DNA of 63,560 nucleotides, the filler included, from Octopus bimaculoides (Eukaryota), in assembly GCF_001194135.2 (NCBI RefSeq). It is 10 parts of 10 records of this genome, joined end to end, with 100 filler letters (N's around TTAATTAATTAA, not from the genome) between each part and the next. Parts side by side here need not be neighbours in the genome. Positions count along the whole stretch, not along the records: positions 20,719 to 26,351 come from NC_069001.1; positions 26,452 to 32,316 come from NC_069002.1; positions 32,417 to 37,425 come from NC_068990.1; 7 more parts are not named here. One strand, given 5' to 3'. Shown here piece after piece: positions 23,839 through 36,845 of this stretch (position 1 is its first letter; every line of letters begins with the position of its first letter). Below the pieces are notes generated by a model that was not told the origin of the DNA, ran no database searches, and was given only the letters and a program-made list of their open reading frames with translations. Position numbers and translations under genes: made by a program.

Positions 23839-25221
23839 CTGTTGTTTATAAAAACAAAAGAAAAGAAACAGTGAAAATGGAAAGTGAGTCAAACCAAGAA
23901 GGTAGTCAAAATGAAGAAGGAGAGGAGTCAAAATGATGAAGGGGTATGCAAGCCCAAAGTACCACCACACAGTAGAACTGAACCCAAGACCATTTGGTTG
24001 GAAAGTGAACATCTTAGGCACACACTCATGCCTACACCTTACATAAATATGGATTTATTTAATTCAATATTTTTTTAGAACTTATACTTGACTTTCAATA
24101 TTTTTATTTTGTTTATTTATTTATTCACTTCATTATCCATTAATCAGAAAGTGAAAGTAGATGGCCTAGTGGTTAGCGTGTTGCACTCACAATCATAAGA
24201 TTGTGGTTTCAATTCTTGGAAAAAGTTTCTTATTCTTTACTAGAAGTAATAGCTTGTCCTATACGTTTCCCGGTGTAATAATTTGTCCTGTACTTTTCCA
24301 GGTTTATAATCGTTAAGAATATTACTTTTCATGCTCAAATTTTTCAATGTAATCCATGATTTTTCCAAACATTGCTATTATAAGATAATTAATAATGTGT
24401 CATTTAATAATTTAATATTTTAACTTAGAAAAATTGTAATATTATCTTTCAGTATTTTATATGCTCGTGATGATAATATTTCATAAATGAGTAACCATGC
24501 AATGGACAGGTCAGATTTGGTCAGATACATATCATGGAAACTAGATGCTTTGCCCAATTAGTCCTAGGGCTTGACACACTAATGTCCAAGGGATATATGC
24601 ATGCAGGTATATATTTATGATTGAGTGTATAAATGTATGTGTATATGTGTACATATATATGTGTGTATATATCATTCAACCATGGTTGAATACATTCTTA
24701 AGTTCACCATTTCATCAATTGCAGCAGCTTCCAAGCTTCACCACAGATTCAGTTCTCAACTAAATTACAAACTGTTAGCAGTTTTAAAGAGGACACCTCC
24801 TCAGCTACACTTTGGCATAAATAGTTTGAGATGGTGTATTCTCAGTCACTTCTACTCCATGGCAACCAGGCTAACCCTTTTACTGTAGAAATCAGGCATA
24901 TCTACTCAAAATTTCATTATTTTTAACTGCAGGAAGAAGCTTTATAGACCAATCTATCTTTTTGTTGAAGAATATTATGGAAGAATATTATGCTTGAAAC
25001 AATTTTCCATTGAGATATGTTAAGTTTTCTGAGGCAACATGACTTGCAGAAAATAACAATTCTATTTTTTGATAGAAATTTTATGTCATTACTGGAATAA
25101 TCAGGAAATTTAATTTCACAGTTAAAGAGTTAAGCTCCATCTCTGAGTCCTAAGACTCAAGACATTAACGTCGCAGGGGATGAGGAGGATGATGATGAAC
25201 TAGAAGATGGCAAAAACTTAC

Positions 25222-25277
25222 ATTTCTGCTTCCATTGAATCCTTCTTGACTCCCTGAATCACTCGTTGATGGTATCG
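25222..25277 (-). CDS. COP1: COP1 exon (linker region)
   Basis: TTTAG|CG IPSTSDSGSQEGFNGSRN|GTAAGT; positionally matches human IIDSTEYSQPPGFSGSSQ, and its phase-0 end joins the 23838 exon in frame. Confidence 0.8.
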
Positions 25278-25408
25278 CTAAATCAAAATTGCTGTTCTGC
25301 ATTAAAAATGGAAAACATGAGATGTTACTAAGAGAAAGCTGACAAAGATAAACAACCAGGACTTCCCATCCAATATTTCCCCAACACCAACAATAGCCAT
25401 GTTTCTAA

Positions 25409-25911
25409 GAGAGACTGTTGTTACTATTACCTTTCTAAAACAGTAAAATATACAGGGATTTTGTGGTATTAATGCTGTACACTGTATTCATAGAGTAATT
25501 TAATAAGAAAGCTTTGCTATATATCTAAGAGAGAACTATACACTGTAAAGTGGTTGGTATTATGAAGGACATCCAGCTATAAACCAAGCCAAATCAGACT
25601 GTAACCTGGTGCAGCTCCCTGGCTCACCAGCTCTGGTCAAACTGTCCAACCCATGCCAGCATGGAAAACAGATGTTAAAGGATGATGATGAGGCTGTTAT
25701 TACATATCTAAAACAGCAAATATACAGGGATTTTGTGGCTTTAATGCTGTACCCTATATTCATAGAATAGTTTTTAAAAGAAAGCTTCGTCATATTTCTC
25801 GGAGAGAGGCTGTTATTATTACCTTTCTAAAATAGCAAATATACAGGTATTTTGCAGCATTAATGCTGTGTGCTATAGTCATAGAACAATTTTGTATGAA
25901 AGCTTATTGAG
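25409..25911 (+). repeat. Three diverged ~115-bp direct repeats interrupted by a SINE fragment (25538-25690)
   Basis: Shared CTGTT..TATTAC..TTCTAAAA.AG.AAATATACAGG.ATTTTG...TTAATGCTGT...AAAGCTT. Confidence 0.75.
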
Positions 25912-26125
25912 AAGGCAAGCACAAAATTTTATTAAGATATATCTGGTTTTAGAATTATTTTATTAAGTTATCATTTGTGTCTTCAAATACTATTCACATC
26001 CTGCACCATTAAAAGAAATGGCAAGTATATAAAGAGAGAGAAAGAATTGGGTCAAGTTTCAATACCTAACAGACACCCATTTTACAACTATCACATAATG
26101 TCAAGACAAAGAGACAGTAACACAG

Positions 26126-26159
<34 letters not shown>

Positions 26160-26161
<2 letters not shown>

Positions 26162-26351
26162 CATCATCATCGTTTAACGTCCGCTTTCCATGCTAGCATG
26201 GGTTGGACGATTTGACTGAGGACTGGTGAAACCGGATGGCAACACCAGGCTCCAATCTAATTTGGCAGAGTTTCTACAGCTGGATGCCCTTCCTAACGCC
26301 AACCACTCAGAGAGTGTAGTGGGTGCTTTTACGTGTCACCCGCATGAAAAC
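26160..26351 (-). mobile_element. SINE/LINE 3' end of RTE type (family C)
   Basis: Minus strand GGCGTTAGGAAGGGCATCCAGCTGTAGAAA...CCAACCCATGCTAGCATGGAAAGCGGACGTTAAAC(GAT)n; copies at 52830-52950, 57570-57740, 60495-60670, 63160-63548. Confidence 0.8.
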
Positions 26352-26451
26352 NNNNNNNNNNNNNNNNNNNNNNNNNNNNNNNNNNNNNNNNNNNNTTAAT
26401 TAATTAANNNNNNNNNNNNNNNNNNNNNNNNNNNNNNNNNNNNNNNNNNNN
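26352..26451. other. Artificial scaffold linker
   Basis: 44 N + TTAATTAATTAA + 44 N. Confidence 0.95.
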
Positions 26452-26516
26452 GTATATATATATATATATACACGCACGCACATGCACAAACACACATACA
26501 CACACATACAGTGTGC

Positions 26517-27185
26517 GATGAAGGGACATACTATACTGTTTGGTATTCGCCCCAGAAGCTCCTATACGAAGATTTCAGAGTATCGGGGTGTCAATCTGTG
26601 GACATGTACCGAGAGCGATAAAAATCAAACATCCAATCAGCATTATGGTGTTTGGAGTGTTCACTAGTGATGGCGACATTATGCCTACATTCATTCTACC
26701 CACAGGGCCTCAGATTCAAATAGAGGCCGACAGCAAGTGCCTGGAAGAGATAATACTGCCTTGGGTAGAGAGGGTGACTGCTAGCAGACTCTATGTCTGG
26801 CAACAGGAGTCTGCACCATGCCACACCAGCAGGAGAACAATTTCTGCGACCACATGACCCCCTAACATCCGGCCACATAAATCCCCATACTACAACCTCC
26901 TTGATTATCACGTGTGGGGAGCAGGTGAGTGAGAGACCAACAAACCTCCTTGTAACACCAAGGATGAACTGAAGGCAAGGATTATGGCAAAATTCACCAA
27001 CTTAAACAAGGAGATCATCCAGAAGAGTTGCAGGAGATTCCGAAGTCGTCTGGAGGCCGGGGTTGAAGCCAATGGTATTTTATTGAATAAATTTTCTCTT
27101 TAGTATTTCAAGATATTTTTATGTAATTTTGGTAAGTATATCTGTTAAAATGAGATGTCAGTGTTGTTTTCATTTTTGCGTACAT
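26517..27185 (+). pseudogene. Tc1/mariner (maT-like) transposase 3' fragment
   Basis: IMVFGVFTSDGDIMP...YVWQQESAPCHTSRRT...DHMTPNIRPHKSPYYNLLDYHVWG..ETNKPPCNTKDELKARIM...CRRFRSRLEA. Confidence 0.8.
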
Positions 27186-28487
27186 GTATGTATGTGTGTG
27201 AGTGTTTATGTATANNNNNNNNNNNNNNNNNNNNNNNNNNNNNNNNNNNNNNNNNNNNNNNNNNNNNNNNNNNNNNNNNNNNNNNNNNNNNNNNNNNNNN
27301 NNNNNNNNNNNNNNNNNNNNNNNNNNNNNNNNNNNNNNNNNNNNNNNNNNNNNNNNNNNNNNNNNNNNNNNNNNNNNNNNNNNNNNNNNNNNNNNNNNNN
27401 NNNNNNNNNNNNNNNNNNNNNNNNNNNNNNNNNNNNNNNNNNNNNNNNNNNNNNNNNNNNNNNNNNNNNNNNNNNNNNNNNNNNNNNNNNNNNNNNNNNN
27501 NNNNNNNNNNNNNNNNNNNNNNNNNNNNNNNNNNNNNNNNNNNNNNNTGTGTGTGTATTTATACATATACGTGCGTCTGCGTGCGAGTGTGTGCGTATGT
27601 TTCAATATGTATTTTCCCAATGGAAATCTGAAGGTGACATTTGTAGATGATGAGATTATCCATTAGTGTGTGAGAGCAAAAGGATTTATCTCCAATGAGG
27701 AATCGAATCCAGCTGGAACAACATCCCACCTCCATCCCCAGCCTCCTCTGCATCAAATGTAGTTCATCGTTGGCTGTCCATTTCAACTGATATATTTATC
27801 ATATTTAAGCAAAATCTACAAAGAATGATTATATCGTGACATCGCAAACTCTTATAGAATTTCAAGACCAAACGAAAGTCATTTCATTTGGCGGAAGTAT
27901 CTAAGACTATCACGAACATCCGAGCCTCCGAACATTTTTAATTCCTATTTTCCACTTCACCTAAAATATAGAACTTCTCATACTACCGATTTCCTTGTGA
28001 TAAATGATGGAACGTTCAGAGGTAATGGTCTTCCATTCAAAAGAGCATCTATTCTTTGTTAATAGAAATTAAATTACTGTACGCCACGAATAATGTTGCC
28101 GAAGCTTTGCAAGACTGCATTCCTACTCTCGTAGAAATAATATACGATGTTGAAGTGAACCAAATGAAACCAGTGTTACTTACTAGGTGAAGGAACCTCT
28201 CTATCTTTTAACCACGAAGAGTCTACAACAGAGAAATTCTTCCCATGTCACTTGGAAAATTACAGCGTTCTAAATTTATGGTGAACGTATATCGATAACT
28301 GATTATCTGGCTTCACTGCTTTATCCGAGATACAGGGAGATTCTTTGACTATCTACCAATTCTGCTATTCAATGCTATACATGTAGATATGTGTGTGTGT
28401 GAGTGTGTGTGCGCGCGCACGCATGTGTGTATACAAGTATGTATCAATATATATATATATATGTATGTATATATATATATATGTATG

Positions 28488-28518
<31 letters not shown>

Positions 28519-29992
28519 NNNNNNNNNNNNNNNNNNNNNNNNNNNNNNNNNNNNNNNNNNNNNNNNNNNNNNNNNNNNNNNNNNNNNNNNNNNNNNNNNN
28601 NNNNNNNNNNNNNNNNNNNNNNNNNNNNNNNNNNNNNNNNNNNNNNNNNNNNNNNNNNNNNNNNNNNNNNNNNNNNNNNNNNNNNNNNNNNNNNNNNNNN
28701 NNNNNNNNNNNNNNNNNNNNNNNNNNNNNNNNNNNNNNNNNNNNNNNNNNNNNNNNNNNNNNNNNNNNNNNNNNNNNNNNNNNNNNNNNNNNNNNNNNNN
28801 NNNNNNNNNNNNNNNNNNNNNNNNNNNNGTTTAGAAGAAGAAAAATTCTTCATTACCTCATCGGTATGATATTCCTGTTGTAAATTCGACGATACTGGCA
28901 AATGTGCATGCATGATCTAGCGCCATCATGGCAATCGACACATTTCGAAAGTATCTCCAAATCTACATAGGCGAGCCAGCCCATCATCTTCCCTCACGGA
29001 TTACCATATAAAAATAAGAGGAATGACCAGCAAATGTGGATCCCTATATGCTAGAAATAGATGCCGAATCATCCAACCACGAAAGAAATATGTTCTCAGT
29101 AAAAAATTTAGCGACAAAAACAGACTGTAAACGGGCAAGACAAATGAAAAACTACTAAATTAAAAAACGATTAACCTACGTACCATGGTTTCACCTGTTG
29201 AAATTTACATATGTAAATATCTGCAGGATCGTCAGCATAAGTCTGTCGATATGAGAATATAACTTCCAGAACTAGACACAAGACGTCCATCCATAAAGGA
29301 ACACGTGTAGAGTTCTGCAAATTACATTCAGTGTATCCTTTTAAATGTCTTCAATCTGGCGCGCTAAGTCCGGAAATAATTCTGCAGTTAATAAATTACT
29401 GCAGCTAAATTTACCGGTATGAAAACATCAATTATTTAAAATTTATTAATGAGTGTAGAAATTGAAATTAATCAATTAAAACCAGTGGTCTAGCATATTA
29501 AAAAAATCCGAGGATTAAAATTATATTACATATAAAAATAAGAGGAANNNNNNNNNNATACGTACATGTAGGTATGTAAATATAGATGTGTGTAAATATA
29601 TATGCATGTGTATATATGTATATATAATATAAACGTATATGTACGTGTATAGATACGTACATGTAGGTATGTAAATATAGATGTGTGTAAATATATATGC
29701 ATGTGTATATATGTATATATGTATGTATGTGTGCCATTATTCAGTTTTATTTCAGGATTTTTGCCAATAGAGAAAGAACTGGTTTCCAACCCGGATCCAA
29801 GGCTTCTTCACTGGAATTTCAACATCAACAATAAAGTATTTTTGTATGCACGTATGTATATATATATGTGGAGATTTGTATGTGTTTTATGTATATCTTC
29901 TCATGCATACCTAGACATGCTCATTTATACTTCAATGATAGACATGTGGAAAGATTTACATATGTATGTACGTATGTATGTATGTATGTATG

Positions 29993-30190
29993 TGCACACC
30001 TTCCTATTCAATGTATACCAGAAGGTTTGCAAATCTAACGGAAGCATCAAAAGACATTTTAAAATCCAGTCAGAACTTAACTACAGCTCTTGGTGATCCA
30101 ATTCGGATGTGCAATCTATGTGGGTGTCTTTTCAAAACATTGCCCGGTTTAAAAAGTCAGATCAGATGCCATGTTGGTTCTAAGGTTTAG
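29993..30190 (+). pseudogene. Degraded C2H2-like motifs, probably a LINE ORF2 C-terminus
   Basis: FLFNVYQKVCKSNGSIKRHFKI and CNLCGCLFKTLPGLKSQIRCH in different frames; no TGEKPY linker. Confidence 0.45.
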
Positions 30191-30239
30191 GTATAGCCAC
30201 CATATTTGTATGTATGTATGTATGTATGTATGTATGTAT

Positions 30240-30605
30240 GTATGTCTGCACCGCCTTTAGTCGAGCAAATCGACCCCAGGACTTATTCTTTGTAAGCCTA
30301 GTACTTATTCTATCGGTCTCTTTTACCGAATCGCTAACTTACGGTGTCGTAAACACATGAACGTCGGTTGTTAAGCGATCTTGGGGAGACAAATAGACAC
30401 ACAAACATATACACGCACATACATATACACATATATACATATACGACGAGCTTCTTCCACTTTCCGACTACCAAATTCACTCACAATGCTTTGGTCGGCC
30501 CTAGACTATATTAGAAGACACTTGGCCAAGGTGCCACGTAATGGGACTGAACCCGGGACCATGTGGTTGGTAAGCAAGTTACATCACACAGCCACTCCTG
30601 CGCCT
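30240..30605 (-). mobile_element. Composite SINE (family A head + dinucleotide spacer + 3' module)
   Basis: 30442-30605 family A head; 30240-30400 3' module. Confidence 0.8.
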
Positions 30606-30632
30606 ATATATATATATATATAAAGTATAAGA

Positions 30633-30838
30633 TGTGTTGAATGGTACAACAATGCACTATAATACAAAAAATGGACTATATACCTGTTGTAATTTAGTTA
30701 TCCAAAGTCCGATGATATTTCGGAATACAATTCCTTCTTCAGATATTCGTAGATCGAGCCGCTGCTATAATCTGTTATTTTAACAAATCTATATTATAGT
30801 GCATTGTTGCACCATTCAAAATTTGTTATTCTTTACAT
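30633..30838. mobile_element. Internally deleted copy of the 21746 MITE
   Basis: Left arm homologous over ~140 bp; short right arm TATTATAGTGCATTGTTGCACCATTCA. Confidence 0.8.
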
Positions 30839-31189
30839 GCAGTACACAATGCTTGAAGCGAACTACAATACTCTCCTAAATATATATATATATATATATA
30901 NNNNNNNNNNNNNNNNNNNNNNNNNNNNNNNNNNNNNNNNNNNNNNNNNNNNNNNNNNNNNNNNNNNNNNNNNNNNNNNNNNNNNNNNNNNNNNNNNNNN
31001 NNNNNNNNNNNNNNNNNNNNNNNNNNNGCATCATAGCAGCATAATTTTGAAATATCTATAAAACCGTCAAAAGCGTGTTTATTTTATGTTTTTTTTTAAA
31101 TTTATTATTAGTGTTGCTTAATATGTTTGGTGAAAATTGCTGTTTCTTTTCAGATATCATCAGAAAAAGGTAATTTAAAATTCAATAAA

Positions 31190-32231
31190 ATGACAGATCT
31201 ATCGGATTTTCAAAGAGGTAAAATTGTTGGTGTTCGTATGGTAGGCGCTAGCGTAACGAAAACAGCCGAAATGTTTGGTGTATCAAGAAGTACTGCCTCG
31301 AAAGAAATCACACCTCTTAAAAAAGAGGGAAAAACCTCCTCATCGAAACAAAACTCCCGAAGAAAACCAAAACTTTCAGATAGGGAGCGTCAGACTGTTA
31401 CGCGAATTGTTAGAAAGGATCACCAAAATATAGCTCCCAAAATTACTGCAGGGCTTAATGACCACCTCGCGAACCCAGTTTCCACAAAACTGTCCGCCGG
31501 GGGCTGCACAAAGCCGGAGTTCACAGGAGGGCTGCAATCAGAAAACCACTACTTCAAAAACAAACATTACAAAGCATTTAGAGTTGAGTAAAACCTACAG
31601 AATTGGTCCCTAGAGCAGTGGAAGAATGTTATTTTCTCGGACGAGTCATCCTTTACCTTATTTCCGACCATCGGCTGAGTATACGTGTGGAGACAGTCAA
31701 AAGAAGCATTTGACCCAGACTGCCTTCTTCCAACTGTTAAACATGGAAGAGGATCTGTGACGATCTGGAGTGCTATATCTTGGAAATCCGCCGGCTCAAT
31801 GGTTTCCCTTCATTGCAGAATTAATAGTCAAGACTATTTAAGCATTTTATCTGATCAAATTCATCCTATTGTTGCGGAACTGTTTCCGGAAGGAAAACGA
31901 AAACTTTCATGATGATAATGCACCAATTCACACAGCTAAAATTCTTACTAAATGGCACGAAGAACGTTCTAGTGAAGTTAAACATCTTATCTGGTCACCA
32001 CAGTCCCCAGATCTCAATATTATTGAACATTTATGGTGCATTTTAGAAAAAAAACAAGTAAGGAGTTGATATCCTCCACCATCATCACTACAAGAACTGG
32101 AGACTGTTTTAGCTGAAGAATGGACAAAAATTCCTTTGGAAACAATTCAAACTTTGTACGAGTCCATAGCTCGTAGAATTCAAGCTGCAACTATTGCCAA
32201 AGGCGGTTCTATCCCATATCAAAATAACTAG
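31190..32231 (+). pseudogene. Near full-length Tc1-type transposase with DD36E spacing
   Basis: MTDLSDFQRGKIVG...VIFSDESSF...PTVKHGRGSVTIW...FHDDNAPIH...WSPQSPDLNIIEHLW; 36 residues between D (31914) and E (32025); a few frameshifts and stops. Confidence 0.9.
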
Positions 32232-32316
32232 ACCTTGTAGAAAAAGTTCGTATAAAGTGAGTATCTCATGTGTAAGCACTTTCGTTTTTCAATTTTTCAA
32301 ACACATCTTTATGTAT

Positions 32317-32416
32317 NNNNNNNNNNNNNNNNNNNNNNNNNNNNNNNNNNNNNNNNNNNNTTAATTAATTAANNNNNNNNNNNNNNNNNNNNNNNNNNNN
32401 NNNNNNNNNNNNNNNN
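32317..32416. other. Artificial scaffold linker
   Basis: 44 N + TTAATTAATTAA + 44 N. Confidence 0.95.
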
Positions 32417-34314
32417 TATATATATACATACACTTATATATGTATATAGATATATTTATGGATATGTTGGTATTTATATATATATACATACATACATACA
32501 GAAAAACAAACAAACACACATACATATATACCTACACATACACAGAACTACACTATACATATAATGCGAATGTATGTGTGTATGTATAGAACTGTATATA
32601 TGTACGCGCAAGTACATATGTAAGCTTGTGTGTATACGTATGCATACATAGATATACACATACGCACATATACACACATACATACATACAGACACACACA
32701 TACAGACGTATGTACGTACATACGCACATACGCATATGCATACATACATTGACATTCTTGTGTCGGCAGTGAGGCTCACAAACACATTGCATACGAAAAA
32801 TGTATAAATGCATGTACGAGTATATATTTATAACATGTGTGTGTAAATGTGCGAGAATTTCTACATGAATATATATATATATATATATATATATANNNNN
32901 NNNNNNNNNNNNNNNNNNNNNNNNNNNNNNNNNNNNNNNNNNNNNNNNNNNNNNNNNNNNNNNNNNNNATTTATATATATATATCAACCATTCTGTACGC
33001 TCCTGAGTAAGCGAGGAATGCAATTTCTTCCCACACAAAATCTCTCAACGCTAAATATTAAATAAAAAATGTCTAAATGATATCCTATTCAGCATTAAAA
33101 TGCTGATTACATGCATGATTTTTAACGTCAAGCTAAAAATGGTTATTTTGGTATTATGTAGTCATAATGGTTTCAAATTTTGGAACAAGGCCAGCAATAT
33201 CTTGTTTGTGTGTGTATTGTGGTGGTAGGGGTTGGGTCGGGAATTGGAATAATTCGGTTACATCGACACCGGCGCTTAACTGAGGCTTATCAACCGCGAG
33301 TGGGGTGAAATGCAAAGTCGACACCATCCACCAGTTTTGAACTCAGAACGCAAAAACTGACAAAATACCGGTATGTGTTTTGTCTGTCGTACAAACAATT
33401 TTTCCAGCTTTCCACCTTATATATATATAATCATAAATGTCCTCTGTCATACAAGTTCGACGTCTACAGTAACGCCTCACACTATCACTATCACATTGTT
33501 ATTGTTCCATGCAATGATACATAGAAAATAGTTGCAACGAATATCAGTAGTTTAACTACCTCCGTTAAGTGCCATTAACAGAATGAAAATAAGCACGTAT
33601 TTCGTACCTCGATTGACTCCATTACTTTTAAGAGGTAGACGTTTCCGATTTATGAGACCTTGTCAGCAAGGTGTAGATTTTTAAAGCATTATATTCATCA
33701 TTTATAATAATTATCACGCCTTTCCTTTAAGAGTCTCAAAGAATTTTCGCTAGTTCTTTTTCTGTTTGCGTTTAAGTTTGTTTACTTTCTGCAACAGCAA
33801 TGAAAGAGGAAATTTTAATACTTGAAAAATGTTGTGCGTACGTCACTGGGCAGAAGACTCCCTACTTTCAAAGCCATTATGCTATTTAAATAAGTTATTG
33901 ACCTTTCATGGCAATATTTAAAGGATTCGCCGCATGCTTTTGTTCACTATTTCTATGATACGATAATTATTGGAAAGTAGTTTTATTGAAGCAGACAAAA
34001 CGCACAATATACATAACCTCTATAGAATATTAATTGATTTCATTCAACAATCTGGATATCGGATACGGATATAGCACACGCCGGTGATCTTCGAACGAAG
34101 TCCCGAGTCGCAGACGTTTTCGTGTCGCTCTCGCTTTCAGTGATATTCTCAATCAATGATTGTCCTGTTGAAAACATATAACCAACGACAATTTTATTCA
34201 ATCATGTGAATAATAATATTTGATTTACGCGCATGATGGTGTTGCTTTTGTGTAGTGCCCTCTGTGAAGGTGAGAACAGAGCAATCACACTCGTTATTGG
34301 TAATCAGAGCAAAT

Positions 34315-34618
34315 CTTTTATCTTTTGCTTGTTTCAGTCATTAGAATGCGGCCATGCTGGGACACCCCTCTTGAAGAATGAATTTTAGTCGAACGAATCG
34401 ACCCCGGTATTGTCTTTTTGCATTTCTAAAGTCTGGTATTTCGTTTTTTGATTCCTTTTTGTCGGACCGCTAGGTAACAGCGAAATAAACACACCAACAC
34501 CGATTGTCGAGCGGTAGTGGCGGACAAAGACACACGTACACAGATGTGTATATCCGCGTGTATATGTGTGTGTGTATATATATATGGGTATATGTTTATA
34601 TATATATATATTTATATT

Positions 34619-34676
<58 letters not shown>

Positions 34677-34698
34677 NNNNNNNNNNNNNNNNNNNNNN

Positions 34699-34731
<33 letters not shown>

Positions 34732-34743
34732 TAGATACATACA

Positions 34744-34779
<36 letters not shown>

Positions 34780-34960
34780 CATACATACATATACGACGGG
34801 CTTCAACCAAATTTCTCGTCTCCCAAATCTACTCAAACGCTTTGATCGGCCTGATGATATATTAAGAGACAGTTTCCTAAGGTATCACTGAGTGGGACTG
34901 AACTCGGAGTCATGTGATTAGCAAGCAGATTTCTTATCACACAGCCACTCCTGCACCTAT
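34315..34960 (-). mobile_element. Composite SINE (family A head 34790-34960, 3' module 34315-34530)
   Basis: Homology to 5-160 and 1880-2070; microsatellite spacer. Confidence 0.7.
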
Positions 34961-35164
34961 GCTTACATTTTTTATCTTTTTTAAATTTTTTGCATCGGAT
35001 ATAACCAACGATGATTTACTTAGAGTTCGAATTCATTTGTATGAATGCTGCGCCCCCATATTCGAGCACAATATTCAGTAATGCAACAGCATGAGTATAG
35101 TAGAGATGTGCTTAGCACATGGCCTCTACAATCGCAATGTATATAAAATATATAGATCATTACA

Positions 35165-35530
35165 TGTATGGGCGCTGGCGCGGTGGTGTGGTAAGATGTT
35201 TTCTTCCCAATCTCATAGCTTTGAGTTCAGTTCCATTGGATGGCTTTTTGGCCGTGTGTGTGTCTTCTGGTACAGCTTTGAGCCGACCAAAGCCACGCGA
35301 GTAGATTTTAGAGAATGCAGACCGTCTTGTATGTGTGTGTGTGTTTGTCCTCATCGCCGCTTGACAAGTGGTGTTAGGGTTTTTCCATCTAGCATAAGAG
35401 ACTGATAGAGTAAGTACCAGTCTTAAAGAGATGAGTATAGATCTTGGGGTCGATTCATTCGACTAAAATTTCTTCATGGTTGTGCCCCGTCATGGCCAGA
35501 GTCTGTTGAGTAAAACAACAAAACGATAAA
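35165..35530 (+). mobile_element. Degraded composite SINE
   Basis: GGCGCTGGCGCGGTGGTGTGGTAAG head, CGCTTGACAA and GGGGTCGATTCATTCGACTAAAA modules. Confidence 0.6.
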
Positions 35531-36489
35531 GATATCGAAGGCAAATGGAAAACAGACCGGTAATCGTCAGTTTCAGCTTTCTTTTTTCTTTTAATGTTCG
35601 GCTAAGTTCCTGTGCAGCAACTTCCTCTTTCACTTTCTGTGAAATGTTACTTAAAATTCGCCAGAATGCTAAGATTCTTCTAATTACTGCTCCGAGATAC
35701 TAAAGCATTTCTTTTCTACTCTACACACAAGGCTCTAAATTTTTGGGAAGGGTGCCAGTCGATTAGATCGACCCCAGTACGCNNNNNNNNNNNNNNNNNN
35801 NNNNNNNNNNNNNNNNNNNNNNNNNNNNNNNNNNNNNNNNNNNNNNNNNNNNNNNNNNNNNNNNNNNNNNNNNNNNNNNNNNNNNNNNNNNNNNNNNNNN
35901 NNNNNNNNNNNNNNNNNNNNNNNNNNNNNNNNNNNNNNNNNNNNNNNNNNNNNNNNNNNNNNNNNNNNNNNNNNNNNNNNNNNNNNNNNNNNNNNNNNNN
36001 NNNNNNNNNNNNNNNNNNNNNNNNNNNNNNNNNNNNNNNNNNNNNNNNNNNNNNNNNNNNNNNNNNNNNNNNNNNNNNNNNNNNNNNNNNNNNNNNNNNN
36101 NNNNNNNNNNNNNNNNNNNNNNNNNNNNNNNNNNNNNNNNNNNNNNNNNNNNNNNNNNNNNNNNNNNNNNNNNNNNNNNNNNNNNNNNNNNNNNNNNNNN
36201 NNNNNNNNNNNNNNNNNNNNNNNNNNNNNNNNNNNNNNNNNNNNNNNNNNNNNNNNNNNNNNNNNNNNNNNNNNNNNNNNNNNNNNNNNNNNNNNNNNNN
36301 NNNNNNNNNNNNNNNNNNNNNNNNNNNNNNNNNNNNNNNNNNNNNNNNNNNNNNNNNNNNNNNNNNNNNNNNNNNNNNNNNNNNNNNNNNNNNNNNNNNN
36401 NNNNNNNNNNNNNNNNNNNNNNNNNNNNNNNNNNNNNNNNNNNNNNNNNNNNNNNNNNNNNNNNNNNNNNNNNNNNNNNNNNNNNGGCA

Positions 36490-36845
36490 ACTTGAGCAAA
36501 TGTATTTTACCTTGGCATCGGGTCGACAAAAGCTTTGTGAGAGGGTTGGGCAGACGGAAACTGAAAGAAGCCTGTCGTATGTGTATGTGTGTGCGCACGC
36601 CCGCGCGTGTGTGTGCGTGTTTGTGGGTGTGTGTGTTCGTGTGCCATTATTTGTCCCACCCCCGCTTGACAACTTCTCTTAGTGCGGTTACGTCCCTGGA
36701 ACTTAGCGATTCGGCATAAGAAACTGAGAGAAAAGGTACCAGGCTTTCAAACAATGTACAGGAGTCGATTCATTAGACTGAAACAATTTTTCAATTCGGT
36801 GCTCCAGCATGGCCGCAGTTAAATGACTGAAACAAAAGATAAAAG
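36490..36845 (+). mobile_element. Composite SINE (5' part in gap)
   Basis: CAGACGGAAACTGAAAGAAGCC...CCCCCGCTTGACAAC...GCTCCAGCATGGCCGCAG. Confidence 0.7.

Noticed and set aside
27640-27800. Possible exon or upstream COP1 exon
   Set aside because: Separated from COP1 by an artificial linker, no COP1 similarity, no consistent splice pair.
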